In this document: positions 9,048 through 18,900 of the stretch, in pieces
Layout of the letters: every line of letters starts with the position of its first letter
Numbering within the stretch: position 1 is the stretch's first letter
NCBI RefSeq assembly: GCF_003231495.1
Contig: NZ_PQWO01000009.1
Coordinates: forward strand, 180,001 to 212,000
Reading direction: 5' to 3'
Length of the DNA stretch: 32,000 nucleotides
Source: Acaryochloris thomasi RCC1774
Lineage (GTDB): Bacteria; Cyanobacteriota; Cyanobacteriia; Thermosynechococcales; Thermosynechococcaceae
The notes under the pieces: generated by a model
The model's database searches: none
What the model saw: only the letters and a program-made list of their open reading frames with translations
Told to the model about the DNA's origin: nothing
Translations under genes and position numbers: made by a program

Positions 9048-11000
9048 CTAAATCAGCTCTGGATCAGACATGATTTCTACTAAGGCAGGCCCTTGGTGCG
9101 TTAGCGCTTGAGCGATTGCGTCATCAAGTTCGTTCTGCTGTGTAACTCGGATACCGAACCCACCGCAATTCTGAGCATATTTAGAAAAATCAGGATTGTG
9201 CAATGAGGTTTGCCAGACATCCCATTCGCCTGCCCGCTGCTCTTTAGAGATTTTACCCAACTGATCGTTATGGAGCAGGATATGGGTAATGTTCATCTGG
9301 TATTTTACGGCTGTTGTAAATTCAGCCAAATATTGACCAAAGCCTCCATCTCCTGAGACTGAGATAATGCGGCGCTCATGGCCTGCGGCGGCCCAAGCTC
9401 CCATCGCAGCAGGGAAGGCAAATCCGATGGAGCCAAGGTAGCCCGACATTAAAACGGACTGGGCCTGACATTCAAAGTAGCGACCAAAGGAGTAGGTGTT
9501 GTTACCCACATCTACGGCAATCACGGCATCGGCAGAGACTTGGCGGGTCATGGCAGCAAAGATAGAGGCTGAGTTTAACCCTTGGCCTCGATCATCGGCT
9601 TCGCGACGAGCTTTTTCAGTTCGCCAAATGGTCCAGTGGTCTTGAATTTGCGATCGCACATCCTCTGTATCCACCTGCCCTGTAAGCGCTGTATTCAACT
9701 GCTCCACCACAACGCTGATTTCGCCCCAAACCGGCACCTCGACGGGATGGAATTTCCCTAGCGCCAGCGGGTCAAAATCCACTTGGATAATCGGCTTACC
9801 AGGATAAATTCCGGTGTGATTAGAAAACGAGGCTCCTAACACCAGCAACACATCAGCCTCATTCATGAACCAACTGGCAATGGGGGTGCCACTGCGTCCC
9901 AAGACTCCGCAGCCGAGGGGGTGACGGTCCGAGATCTGTCCTTTCCCCTTAAAGGTCGTGAGAATAGGCGCTCCCAATAGTTCTGCAAGTTCCGTAATAG
10001 CAGGCATATGGAAACGGGCACCATGCCCAACAATGATCACCGGGCGGCGGGATTGCTTGAGGCGATCAATAGCCTCAAGCAACGACTCAGGCGGCGGCGC
10101 AATCTGTAAGGGTGTCATCCGTCCGGCGGGGTTAGAAGCAGGTACATCCACCGCAGGCTGCATCTGAACTTCATCAGGAAAAATCAGGTGAGAGACATTT
10201 CGCTCTAATAGGGCATGTTTGACGGCTAGGGTCATTAACTCAGCGTGTTGGCTGTGGCTGAGCACCGTTTGGCTCCAAGCAGCTACGCCACTGAAGGCGG
10301 CCTGTAAATCACACTCTTGAAAATTGCCTGTGCCCAAAACCTGAGAATTGACCTGTCCCGTCAAGGCTAAAATCGGAGCGCGATCGACTTTTGCATCCCA
10401 CATGCCCGTGAGTAGGTTTGTTGCACCCGGTCCGGCAATAGTTAAGCAGGCCGCAGGTTTACCTGTCAGCTTTGCGTAGGCTGAGGCGGCGAAGGCAGCA
10501 GCTCCTTCATGGCGAATGCCGATATAGGTGAGCTTACCTTGTACCTCTTGACGGCGGAGTGCGTCTGCGAGGCCTAAATTAGAATGACCCACCATGCCGA
10601 AGACATGGGTGATACCCCAGTTCACCATCGTTTCCGCCATCACATCACTCACGGTGCGGGTGTGGGGTTGTTCAACGGGTAAGCCGACGTATATGCCATC
10701 CGCACGCACCTCTACTGGAAAGGTTGCGAGGGCATCATCAACGTCCAAAGCGTCGGGGGACTTGCCGGTTAGCGGGCAGTAGTCCCACCCGTGCCAAGGG
10801 CAGCGTAGGAGACCGTTTTCAATGGAGCCCTCACCGAGGGGACCGCCTTGGTGGGGACAGCGATTATCGAGGGCACCATATTGGCCTTTGTAATGGGTTA
10901 AGGCAAGGCTTTTATGGCCCGCCACTACAGTTTTGACACGGCTCTCAGGTAATTCGTCCAAACCTAGAACGCGGTACCACTGGGTTGTTATCTCCGGCAT
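9048..11000 (-). CDS. Rieske [2Fe-2S] domain fused to a thiamine-diphosphate-dependent enzyme (acetolactate synthase / pyruvate oxidase superfamily)
   Basis: The N-terminus carries the Rieske motif CPHQGGPL...(16)...CPWHGWDY. The TPP N-domain follows (IRHEGAAAFAASAYAKLTGKPAACLTIAGPGATNLLTGMWDA), then the TPP-binding motif GDGGFGQYLAEFTTAVKYQMNITHILLHNDQLG. The ORF track starts at a TTG (11015). I prefer the ATG at 11000, which is preceded by GAGGAGAGAG. Confidence 0.85.
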   Translation of the reverse strand: MPEITTQWYRVLGLDELPESRVKTVVAGHKSLALTHYKGQYGALDNRCPHQGGPLGEGSIENGLLRCPWHGWDYCPLTGKSPDALDVDDALATFPVEVRADGIYVGLPVEQPHTRTVSDVMAETMVNWGITHVFGMVGHSNLGLADALRRQEVQGKLTYIGIRHEGAAAFAASAYAKLTGKPAACLTIAGPGATNLLTGMWDAKVDRAPILALTGQVNSQVLGTGNFQECDLQAAFSGVAAWSQTVLSHSQHAELMTLAVKHALLERNVSHLIFPDEVQMQPAVDVPASNPAGRMTPLQIAPPPESLLEAIDRLKQSRRPVIIVGHGARFHMPAITELAELLGAPILTTFKGKGQISDRHPLGCGVLGRSGTPIASWFMNEADVLLVLGASFSNHTGIYPGKPIIQVDFDPLALGKFHPVEVPVWGEISVVVEQLNTALTGQVDTEDVRSQIQDHWTIWRTEKARREADDRGQGLNSASIFAAMTRQVSADAVIAVDVGNNTYSFGRYFECQAQSVLMSGYLGSIGFAFPAAMGAWAAAGHERRIISVSGDGGFGQYLAEFTTAVKYQMNITHILLHNDQLGKISKEQRAGEWDVWQTSLHNPDFSKYAQNCGGFGIRVTQQNELDDAIAQALTHQGPALVEIMSDPELI

Positions 11001-11022
11001 AGTCTCTCTCCTCAATCAAAAT

Positions 11023-11754
11023 TTAGATTAGCAATAGCAAGCCGGTATAGAGCGCAATCCCACCGATAAAAGATCCGAAGCAGCTCTTCTTTTCGTCCGG
11101 CAATTCTCGCGCCAATATGTTGAGAATGAGGCTCCCGGCCAAAAAGGACCAGACAATCGAAACGGCTGCTTCATCAAAGCGAGTGGCTTGACCTGCGATC
11201 GCACCTACCATAATTGCAGCTGTTAAGAGCCAGCGACCTAGTTTGTCATAGGGCTTTTTGTGGTGCTCCCGCAAGCTGTGATCAATGATGAAAAAGTGCA
11301 GAGCCACCGCGATGAAATACAGAGCGCACTGCAGCAAGGTGTGGTCAGCGATATCTTGGAGCAGGTAACCGAAAATGATGTTCAGTACCGCAAAGGCTGA
11401 GATATGAATCCAAAATACAGCGGGGCTGGTAGTATCAACATCGTTTTCAAAGCGATTTTGCCGTCGAGAAGTGAGGGCCAGAATATCTAGGCCGTAAAAC
11501 ACAAGCAGTCCAAGGAGGGCCAAGATATAAACGTGATTTTCTAGGTAGGCCACGAAGGGCAAGGCGGAATGTTCTAGCTCTTCCTGGGCATGACTGAGTT
11601 CTGGAAAGATTTCTAGAAAGACATAGCCAATGGAAACGCCGCCGGCAAAGGACATCCAGCGATGTTCAGGGATAACGTTGACAACATTCAGTTTCGAGAT
11701 GAAGGCATGCATCAACGCTAAGCCAATCGCTAAATAAAGACCGGGGCCTTCCAT
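11023..11754 (-). CDS. Polytopic integral membrane protein, possibly a ZIP-like metal-ion transporter (weak)
   Basis: 243 aa with about 7-8 hydrophobic segments and His/Glu-rich motifs (FLEIFPELSHAQEELEH; ALHFFIIDHSLREHH). Its stop lies only about 20 nt upstream of the Rieske-TPP start, which suggests co-transcription. Confidence 0.65.
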   Translation of the reverse strand: MEGPGLYLAIGLALMHAFISKLNVVNVIPEHRWMSFAGGVSIGYVFLEIFPELSHAQEELEHSALPFVAYLENHVYILALLGLLVFYGLDILALTSRRQNRFENDVDTTSPAVFWIHISAFAVLNIIFGYLLQDIADHTLLQCALYFIAVALHFFIIDHSLREHHKKPYDKLGRWLLTAAIMVGAIAGQATRFDEAAVSIVWSFLAGSLILNILARELPDEKKSCFGSFIGGIALYTGLLLLI

Positions 11755-11870
11755 GATGCATTGCCTCTAGATTTTGATCGGATGTTGATCGTGCTTTCAC
11801 GAATTTACTGGAGAGTGTTGACGATTCAGCACTTTCCCCACAAGACTTATGCTCTGCAATCAACGAATTG

Positions 11871-13418
11871 CTAGAGCCTTTGGCTTTTGATGTGCTCAGC
11901 CACTCTTAGGGTTTGGGCAATGATGGTGAGTGTAGGATTAACAGCACCTGCAGAGACAAAAAAGCTGCCATCTGTGACAAAGACATTATCTAGTTCATGG
12001 GGTTTACAGTAAGGATCCAAGACAGACTGACTCGCATCTGTTCCCATTTTCATCGTGCCCATCGTGTGTCCGAGTGGGACGCCCACCATGCTGCCTAAGT
12101 ACAAATCAACATTGTGAGTGCCGGGGTGACAACCAATGCAGTCCAGGAAGTCAGTGAGTCGTTTTTTGAGCTGAGTCGCAGGTTCTACATTATTGGCTTG
12201 GTAGTCAAAGACCACCTGACCTGAGCTGTCGTAAGAGATCCCGTTTTCGATTCGGGGCAAATCTTCACTTTGGAGCCAAAAGTCTAAAGAGTGGGACGCC
12301 ATTTCGGCATGGGTCATCCCATTTAGGGGTTCTGGAGACTCTAATTTCATTAGGGCTTCGTTAAAGTTACCCAGCATTTGAATCAGGCCCATTGGATATT
12401 TAAATTCGTCATCCCCCCAGTAGTAATCGGCCAGGGCTAGCGTTTTTTCAAAGGTGGCATCATTGGGTGTTTTGCTAATGGCGATCAACGTCGCGTTGTT
12501 GTGTCCCATAAAGTTGCGCCCCACTAGGCCCGTGGCGTTGGCGAGACCGTTGGGGTGTTTGGGATGTTGCGATCGCAAAAACAAAAGTGCCGACCCCAAA
12601 GCTCCCGCCGCCACAATCACTAGGTCTGCCTTATATTCAATCGTTTCCCCCGCCTCAGTTTTCACCACCACTGTCTCCACCTTTCGACCAGAGGCATCGA
12701 CTTCAAGACGCTCCACAGGGCTATTGGTTTTCAGAGTCACGTTGTCGTGCTGCAGCGCAGGGCGAATCCCGACAATGTGAGAGTCTGCCTTGATCTCATA
12801 GGGATCAGGGTAGCCATCAAATTGCGGCCATAAATCTAAGCTACTGGTGGCTCCATCTTCTCCGTCATGGCCCATTCGCATTCCCATCGGAATGGGGAAC
12901 GGATGCAGTCCCTTGTTCGCTAAATCATCATTGAGTCGCTGAATGCGAGGCTCATGCTGCAGCGGTTCATAGGGATAGGGAGAACTGCGCTTCGGTTCAG
13001 TGGGATCGGCTCCGTCTTCACCGTGAACGTAATACCATTTTTCACTGATCGCGTAGTAAGGCTCTAGATCTGTGTAGGAGATGGGCCAAGCTGGGGAAAT
13101 GCCGTCATGGTGTTCAACTTCTTCAAAGTCTTTTTCCCGCAGACGGAAGAGGGCTGATCCGTAGAACTTGGTATTGCCGCCCACGTAGTAGTGGGGGTGG
13201 CTAGGGCGGAAGGGTTCCCCCTCGTGATACCAGGTAACGTCGGGAGTGTATCGCTTTTCCACCCAGTTCACATGAGGGTCAAAGTTGTCCATCTCACGAG
13301 GGATAAAACCTCCTTTTTCTAGAATTAAAATACTTTTTCCGGTAGGAGCTAGCGCTCTAGCCATTGTGCCGCCGCCTGCGCCCGTGCCAATGATGATGAT
13401 GTCGTATTGGTTATCCAT
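11871..13418 (-). CDS. GMC-family FAD-dependent oxidoreductase
   Basis: 515 aa. FAD fingerprint YDIIIIGTGAGGGTMARALA...ILILEKGG. The C-terminal GMC motif reads HTMGTMKMG...VLDPYCKPHELDNVFVTDGSFFVSAGAVNPTLTIIAQTLR. Confidence 0.88.
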   Translation of the reverse strand: MDNQYDIIIIGTGAGGGTMARALAPTGKSILILEKGGFIPREMDNFDPHVNWVEKRYTPDVTWYHEGEPFRPSHPHYYVGGNTKFYGSALFRLREKDFEEVEHHDGISPAWPISYTDLEPYYAISEKWYYVHGEDGADPTEPKRSSPYPYEPLQHEPRIQRLNDDLANKGLHPFPIPMGMRMGHDGEDGATSSLDLWPQFDGYPDPYEIKADSHIVGIRPALQHDNVTLKTNSPVERLEVDASGRKVETVVVKTEAGETIEYKADLVIVAAGALGSALLFLRSQHPKHPNGLANATGLVGRNFMGHNNATLIAISKTPNDATFEKTLALADYYWGDDEFKYPMGLIQMLGNFNEALMKLESPEPLNGMTHAEMASHSLDFWLQSEDLPRIENGISYDSSGQVVFDYQANNVEPATQLKKRLTDFLDCIGCHPGTHNVDLYLGSMVGVPLGHTMGTMKMGTDASQSVLDPYCKPHELDNVFVTDGSFFVSAGAVNPTLTIIAQTLRVAEHIKSQRL

Positions 13419-13436
13419 TGCGTGTTTTCTAATTGT

Positions 13437-14183
13437 TTAGTGATCTCGAGCCGTCAGGGGAATGCGATAGCGATCTCCGAAAGGAGGCAGATAATCAAGC
13501 TGCAGCGTTTTCCAGGCATAGGCTCCTGCAGGAATACCGATATCCGCCAGAGTGAGTTCTCCTGTTCTCTCAGGCAAAAGACCTGTTTTCGGTAGGGCCA
13601 GCGTCATCGTCCCCTGGGCATGAATAAAGGCTCCCGGCGTGTCTCCAGTCGTAGAATCAACCCCAGAAGGGATATCAAGCGATAAAATGGACGCATCTAA
13701 ACGATTGGCCCACTCAATTAAATCTAAAGCATTACCTCGGGGAGCCGCTCGGAGACTGTAGCCAATCAAGGCATCAAGAATTAGATCGATCGGTTCATCA
13801 GTCGCGAGAAGATCCTCAATGGCAATCTCTTGACCATTTGTGGCTTGAAAAATCCGTCGCTGCCAAGCAGGAACTTCTTTGAGCCGCTCAACGGAGGATA
13901 GACACAGCTTTACGTTGGCTCCTCGGTTGGCTAAATGTCTGGCGGCACAAATGCCACCGCCCCCATTGCCACCGCTTCCAGCCAAGACAATGATGTTGGC
14001 CTGCTGCCACTGGCCGTTGAGAGTTGAGATCGCCTGCAGCGCTAAATTGCGTCCTGCATTTTCCATCATCTGAAATAGATTGGGGCCAGTCTCCTCTGTT
14101 GCCACACGGTCGACTTCAATCATTTGCTCCGCCGTCACCGAAGGTATTTCCAGGCCCGTATCTGTAAAGAATTTCAGTTCCAT
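13437..14183 (-). CDS. NAD(P)H-hydrate epimerase (stand-alone YjeF N-terminal domain)
   Basis: 248 aa. Motifs are MIEVDRVATEETGPNLFQMMENAGRNLA, VLAGSGGNGGGGICAARHL and LDALIGYSL...SLDIPSG. The stop is 18 nt upstream of the GMC start. Confidence 0.78.
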   Translation of the reverse strand: MELKFFTDTGLEIPSVTAEQMIEVDRVATEETGPNLFQMMENAGRNLALQAISTLNGQWQQANIIVLAGSGGNGGGGICAARHLANRGANVKLCLSSVERLKEVPAWQRRIFQATNGQEIAIEDLLATDEPIDLILDALIGYSLRAAPRGNALDLIEWANRLDASILSLDIPSGVDSTTGDTPGAFIHAQGTMTLALPKTGLLPERTGELTLADIGIPAGAYAWKTLQLDYLPPFGDRYRIPLTARDH

Positions 14184-14239
14184 TACTCAGAATATGTGCC
14201 GTTTTTTCAATCGTTACCACTTGTGACAGCAGAACTAGC

Positions 14240-14653
14240 TTAGTAATTTACAGTAGGGTAAACCACTGTCAGATCATCATTTTCCCAATGAGTATCGGCA
14301 TTGGCTTTACGAGTTTGCCCCTCCGCCTCCCATTGAGGTTTCGTGTCGCCTAGCCGACCGTTATAAAAAAGGTACAGCTTGTCATTTTCGACAATGTAAC
14401 TCTTGGGATCAACGGGAAAGGTTTTGCCTTCTGAAACCGCTACAGCACAAAAACCACCGTACTGCGGGGCATATTGCGAAGGTGCAGCATCAAATGTTGT
14501 CTTATTAGCTTGGCTACTGAAGTAGTAAATTGCACCGTTATGCGTTGAGGAGATTTCGGTGCTTCCCTCAACGGGTTGATTCTCGAAGTAAGAAACAGGG
14601 TCATATCCTTGAATTGCAACCCCTGTTTCATTGAGATTTTGCAAGTGTGCCAT
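14240..14653 (-). CDS. YHS-like domain protein
   Basis: 137 aa. VAIQGYDPVSYF...GAIYYFSSQANKTTFDAAPSQYAPQYGGFCAVAV...KLYLFYN matches the YHS-domain (seleno)protein family pattern (GYDPVxYF...PqyGGyCA). Confidence 0.72.
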   Translation of the reverse strand: MAHLQNLNETGVAIQGYDPVSYFENQPVEGSTEISSTHNGAIYYFSSQANKTTFDAAPSQYAPQYGGFCAVAVSEGKTFPVDPKSYIVENDKLYLFYNGRLGDTKPQWEAEGQTRKANADTHWENDDLTVVYPTVNY

Positions 14654-14767
14654 AAGTAGTACCCTTTCGATGACTAGTGCTAATTGAGCTGAATTTTGTG
14701 CACAGATACCATGCCTCTAGAGCATATTGAGCTAAAGAAGAGGATTACAGAGTATCGATGTATTGAG

Positions 14768-15163
14768 CTAAAATTTAGCCTCGGCTAAAGGAACACCAAA
14801 TTTCTCACACCAAATTGTGAGTTCATCGTAGTTGCCTACATCTAGAGTTGCAGGCAAACGATAAATTTGCTTGCCGCTGTCAAGGTTAAGTCCTGAGAAC
14901 GTACTAGCACTCGCAAACGAATCATTGTTTGAAAAGCCCAGGCGAGGGTCAGGGGCGCCATCAAATGAGAAGTCCTCGCCCAATATTAGATAGTAGATAT
15001 CACCTTGTTTGACAATCTCAACTTTGCCGCTGACGGTATGATCGTTTTCCCCAGTGAAACTGGAGGATTGAATCAAACTTGCTCCTTCCAAGACATCAGC
15101 CGCTTGAATAACGGTTGGCGAGAAAGCAAGGATTGTACCGGCTAAAAGTAATGATTTAAGCAT
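14768..15163 (-). CDS. Secreted DM13 domain protein
   Basis: 131 aa. Signal peptide MLKSLLLAGTILAFSPTVIQA, then a DM13-like pattern (F.G..DHTVSGKVEIV...YYLILGEDFSFDGAPDPRLGF...IWCEKFGVPLAEA). Confidence 0.72.
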   Translation of the reverse strand: MLKSLLLAGTILAFSPTVIQAADVLEGASLIQSSSFTGENDHTVSGKVEIVKQGDIYYLILGEDFSFDGAPDPRLGFSNNDSFASASTFSGLNLDSGKQIYRLPATLDVGNYDELTIWCEKFGVPLAEAKF

Positions 15164-15931
15164 ATCTAAATTTTCCTCTCTCTATGGAGTTTTGGATTGC
15201 ATTTTTTGAAAAACGATATCTTGCACTAGTGGTGTAGTTATCGTGATGGAGTTTTACTTTCTCAGCTACTAATGGCTTAAAGAAAGTCAGCGCATCTTTG
15301 TGGTTGCCAGCATGAGGTACCTGCAATTCATACATGCAATAACAGCATTATCTATACAGAAGATTAGAAAATTAATTTAATCTGAGCTTGAGGTGAAGAA
15401 TTCTTAGGATTTATTTATGAGTGGGATGTACAAATGATGATTCTTAGTTAGTCTCTTGATTTATTGGCCACTCATCGAGGAGTATTGAGTGGCTACAGTA
15501 GCACGAGGGAGCATGTCGCCTTTTTGAGAGGAAAATGTCTCTTATACTCATGCTGCGGCGGATTTTGTGGTCTTGACGGGTATCAAAGTCAGCTCAGAAA
15601 CGTAGCAACGTTTGGTTCATCGACAAATCTTCGGTCCATCGCCTGAGGAGAAAGAGGTCACACAGCTTAGATGGCGGCAATATTCGTCTCCTTACTCCCA
15701 GGGGGCGACCGTGCCAGTAGCGCAGTTACAAGGCCATTTGGAAACGGTGATGGGGTTGGCCTTGCTGACTATCGAGACAAGGTCAGATTCATACAGAACA
15801 AGTCAAGGGTGTGAAGAAAGCAGATGCCATAGGACAGCTCTCTTTTTTCAATGAACTCTTCGGAGGGGCGGCTTAGGACCTAAACTGGTCAGGGGATTCT
15901 TCCACCTAGACGGATGATTTGCGACACAGCC

Positions 15932-18900
15932 CTAATTCTCAATCAACCGTTTTTGATAGTCTTGGACCGTCAGTTTCTGCTCAATATCGGCTCTGACCCG
16001 AACGACGCGCTTATGAATCTTGCTCAGGCGATGGACAAAGCGAGTTTTCACGTCAGGATTGAGCTTCCTATTAGTGTAAACAGGTGTTCCATTTTTGAGA
16101 TGAACATCAACGCCTCTGTTCGTCTGTTGAAAAATAAACACTTCGCCTTCAAATCGTCCGTTTTTACCCAGTATATTGATCACATCTTTCAGCGCAGGAT
16201 CGAGAGTGTTGGAATCAACTGATGGCACGGTTTTCTCAGGCTTCTCTCGGGCGATCGCACCTAATTCTCTGCCCATTTCGAAGGTCATCTTGGCTGCGAT
16301 GCGAGTAAAGACAAATGAGATCGCAACTACTGTCCCTCCAATATCAAGAACCTGTTCAGCAACCTGCTTCGCAACGGGTGCTTTTTCTTTAGTCCAGCGC
16401 CTGATCTTGACCTCTTGCTGAGCCTCCCACGCTTTGATATCGTGCTGCTTAATAGCCTCAGACAACGCAGCCAATTCCTGACGTGCTCGTTCAGCCGTCT
16501 TCTCCGCCGCACTGACTTCAGACTGTATTGTCTCGATCTGAGTGCGGATCAGACTGCTCTTCTTCTGCTCCAAATTTGTTTGCGCTTCTGGAGAATCGAG
16601 TTCTTCAGACACAGCGAGAGCAGGAGCAACGGTCGTTCTTTCAGGCGCAGCAACAACTGCAGAGGCCTGGGAAATATAGTTCTGCAAAACAGTCTGTGGC
16701 TTAAGACCATTCTTGAATTGGACCCACAGATTCGTCGGATCATTTTGATCGGACAACTGTGAATCTTCTGTACTTAAGTCACTTTCAAGATCTAGATTTT
16801 CGTGAGCGATGGCAGATTCCTTTCTTTGTTGCTCCTTCTCAGAGACGATTTCAGTCCTAGACTCTGCATCTGATGCCCTCGGTTCTACCGCAAGAGAATC
16901 TGTGGCCGTGAAAGTCCCCCAGAATTTGAAGCCGTTGAGTTGTGTAGGCTTCTGCACTTGTACTAGGAGCTGTGGATTGGATGGGGCATACCGGAACGCT
17001 GGATACTCTTGACATAGCTCTCTAACTTGTTGCGCTGCCGACGCATCGCAAAGCAGCGGCAATGGCTCTTTAGACGTCGTTAGCACCACGTCTTTTAAGT
17101 TTATATATCGCTTAGGCACATTCGGCTGACTATCATCATCGAAAAAGTCCGCTGGCTCTGACGGTTTCTGATCGAAGCTGCGATAGGTCTGCAACGCTGC
17201 CCGGATCTGCTCTACTGTTACTCCTTGCACATAAGCAGTCAGGCTTGCGGCTAAGGCAGAGGCAATGGCAGCCGGCGAACAGCCACGGACTGTCAGCGGC
17301 AGATGTGCAACTTTTTCAATCCGCTTTACTTCGTCTTGCTGCAGAATCGAGAGGTAGCCCTGTTCATAGACGGCAGCGATTCCACCCTGCTGGAGATGAG
17401 ATCGCAACACCAAATTCTCAGGATCCATCGAGAAGTAGGCAACCTGGCCCTGAACCTGCTCCGCCATCGTGACAACCCGCTCGTCATCAGCATTCAGCAC
17501 AGCATAGCCATCTGCATGGACAGCGCCAGAAATCACAGATAGCGCTCTCGCCCTGTGGTCAAGCGTACAGGGACTTTGATCCGATGGCACATTCAGGACC
17601 ACCCCCACATCACAGTGCGAGAAGCCTAGCCCCGATCGCAAAATGCTGCTGTGGGAAGTCTCCAAAACAGCCATATCCACCGTCGGATCTTGCAAAATTA
17701 TCTGAGCGCTTTGAGCGTCGGTCGCACGGCCCTTTTTGACAGGATACTGACCAATAAAAGCACCATCTGCCGTTGTATAGCCCACAGAGTCCTTCACTTG
17801 ACCTAAGATATGCGAGATCAGAGGCGTAGGCGTTTCTGAGCCCCCCGTTTCTGCCACCGCCACCACCGGAATCTGAGTCGGCGCGCCGGCTGGGAACAGC
17901 ATGTCGAGAATTGGAGCTGCAACATTTCGGGCCACACCTTCGCTGGGGGCCATATGCATGCGCAGCCCAGGAGCCGCATTGACCTCCACAATCACGCCAT
18001 CCACGTCTTTTAACGGCTGGGTAATATCGGTCGTAATCACATCTATGCCAACAATATCGAGATCGATGATCCGTGAAGCCCGCTCTGCCAGCCACAGCGT
18101 ATCTGGATGGATCTCATCAGTCCGGTCAATTGCAGTCCCGCCCGTACTCAGATTGGCATTTGCCCGCAGGTAGCAAATTTGGTCCGGCTGTAAAACGGTA
18201 TCAAGGGTAAACCCTTGACGGCTCAGCATTTCATCGGTAGCGTTATCGAGCTTTATTTTAGTGAGCGGCGTATCGTGGCCTTCGCCCCGACGAGCATCTT
18301 TATTCTCTAGTTCAACCAAGTCAAAAATTGTGCTTTGGCCATTACCAACGATATGGGCAGGGACCCGCTCGGCTACCGCGACAACCTTGTGATTAACAAC
18401 TAAAATTCGATGATCTCGGCCCTGATAGAAATGCTCAACAATCACGCCATCAGAGATATCCTTAGCTCGGTCATAGGCAAACTCTGCCTGCCGCCAAGAG
18501 CGAATATCAATTGTGATCCCGCGACCTTGGTTCCCGTCTAGAGGCTTAACCACAATGGGATAGCCGCCCAGGTCATCAATGGCCTCTTCTAGATCGCGAA
18601 AGGCATAAATGACCTTCCCTAATGGAACGGGAGCGCCCATGCTCGTCAAAATTTCTTTGGTTCTTTCCTTATCACAGGCCAGCTCCACACCCAGAACGTT
18701 GCTGTGAGATGTTAGCGCTGCCTGAATCCGCTTCTGATGCTTGCCGGAACCAAACTGAAACAGATCACAGGTCTCTAGGTGTGTCCAGGGAATGCCTCGG
18801 TTTTCTGCTTCTTGAATCAATGCCTCAGTACTTGCTCCCTGAGCGGCTTCACTCCGTAAATTTCTCAGATCATCTAGATCTATTTGTAGTTCAGATTTGG

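Noticed and set aside
15464-15854. Two overlapping plus-strand ORFs (60 and 80 aa) in the cphA-like/DM13 spacer, considered as a frameshifted gene
   Set aside because: Their translations have no recognisable motifs and a biased composition (Ser/Arg/Cys/Gly). Joining the frames does not give a plausible protein. The region is reported only as an unexplained spacer.
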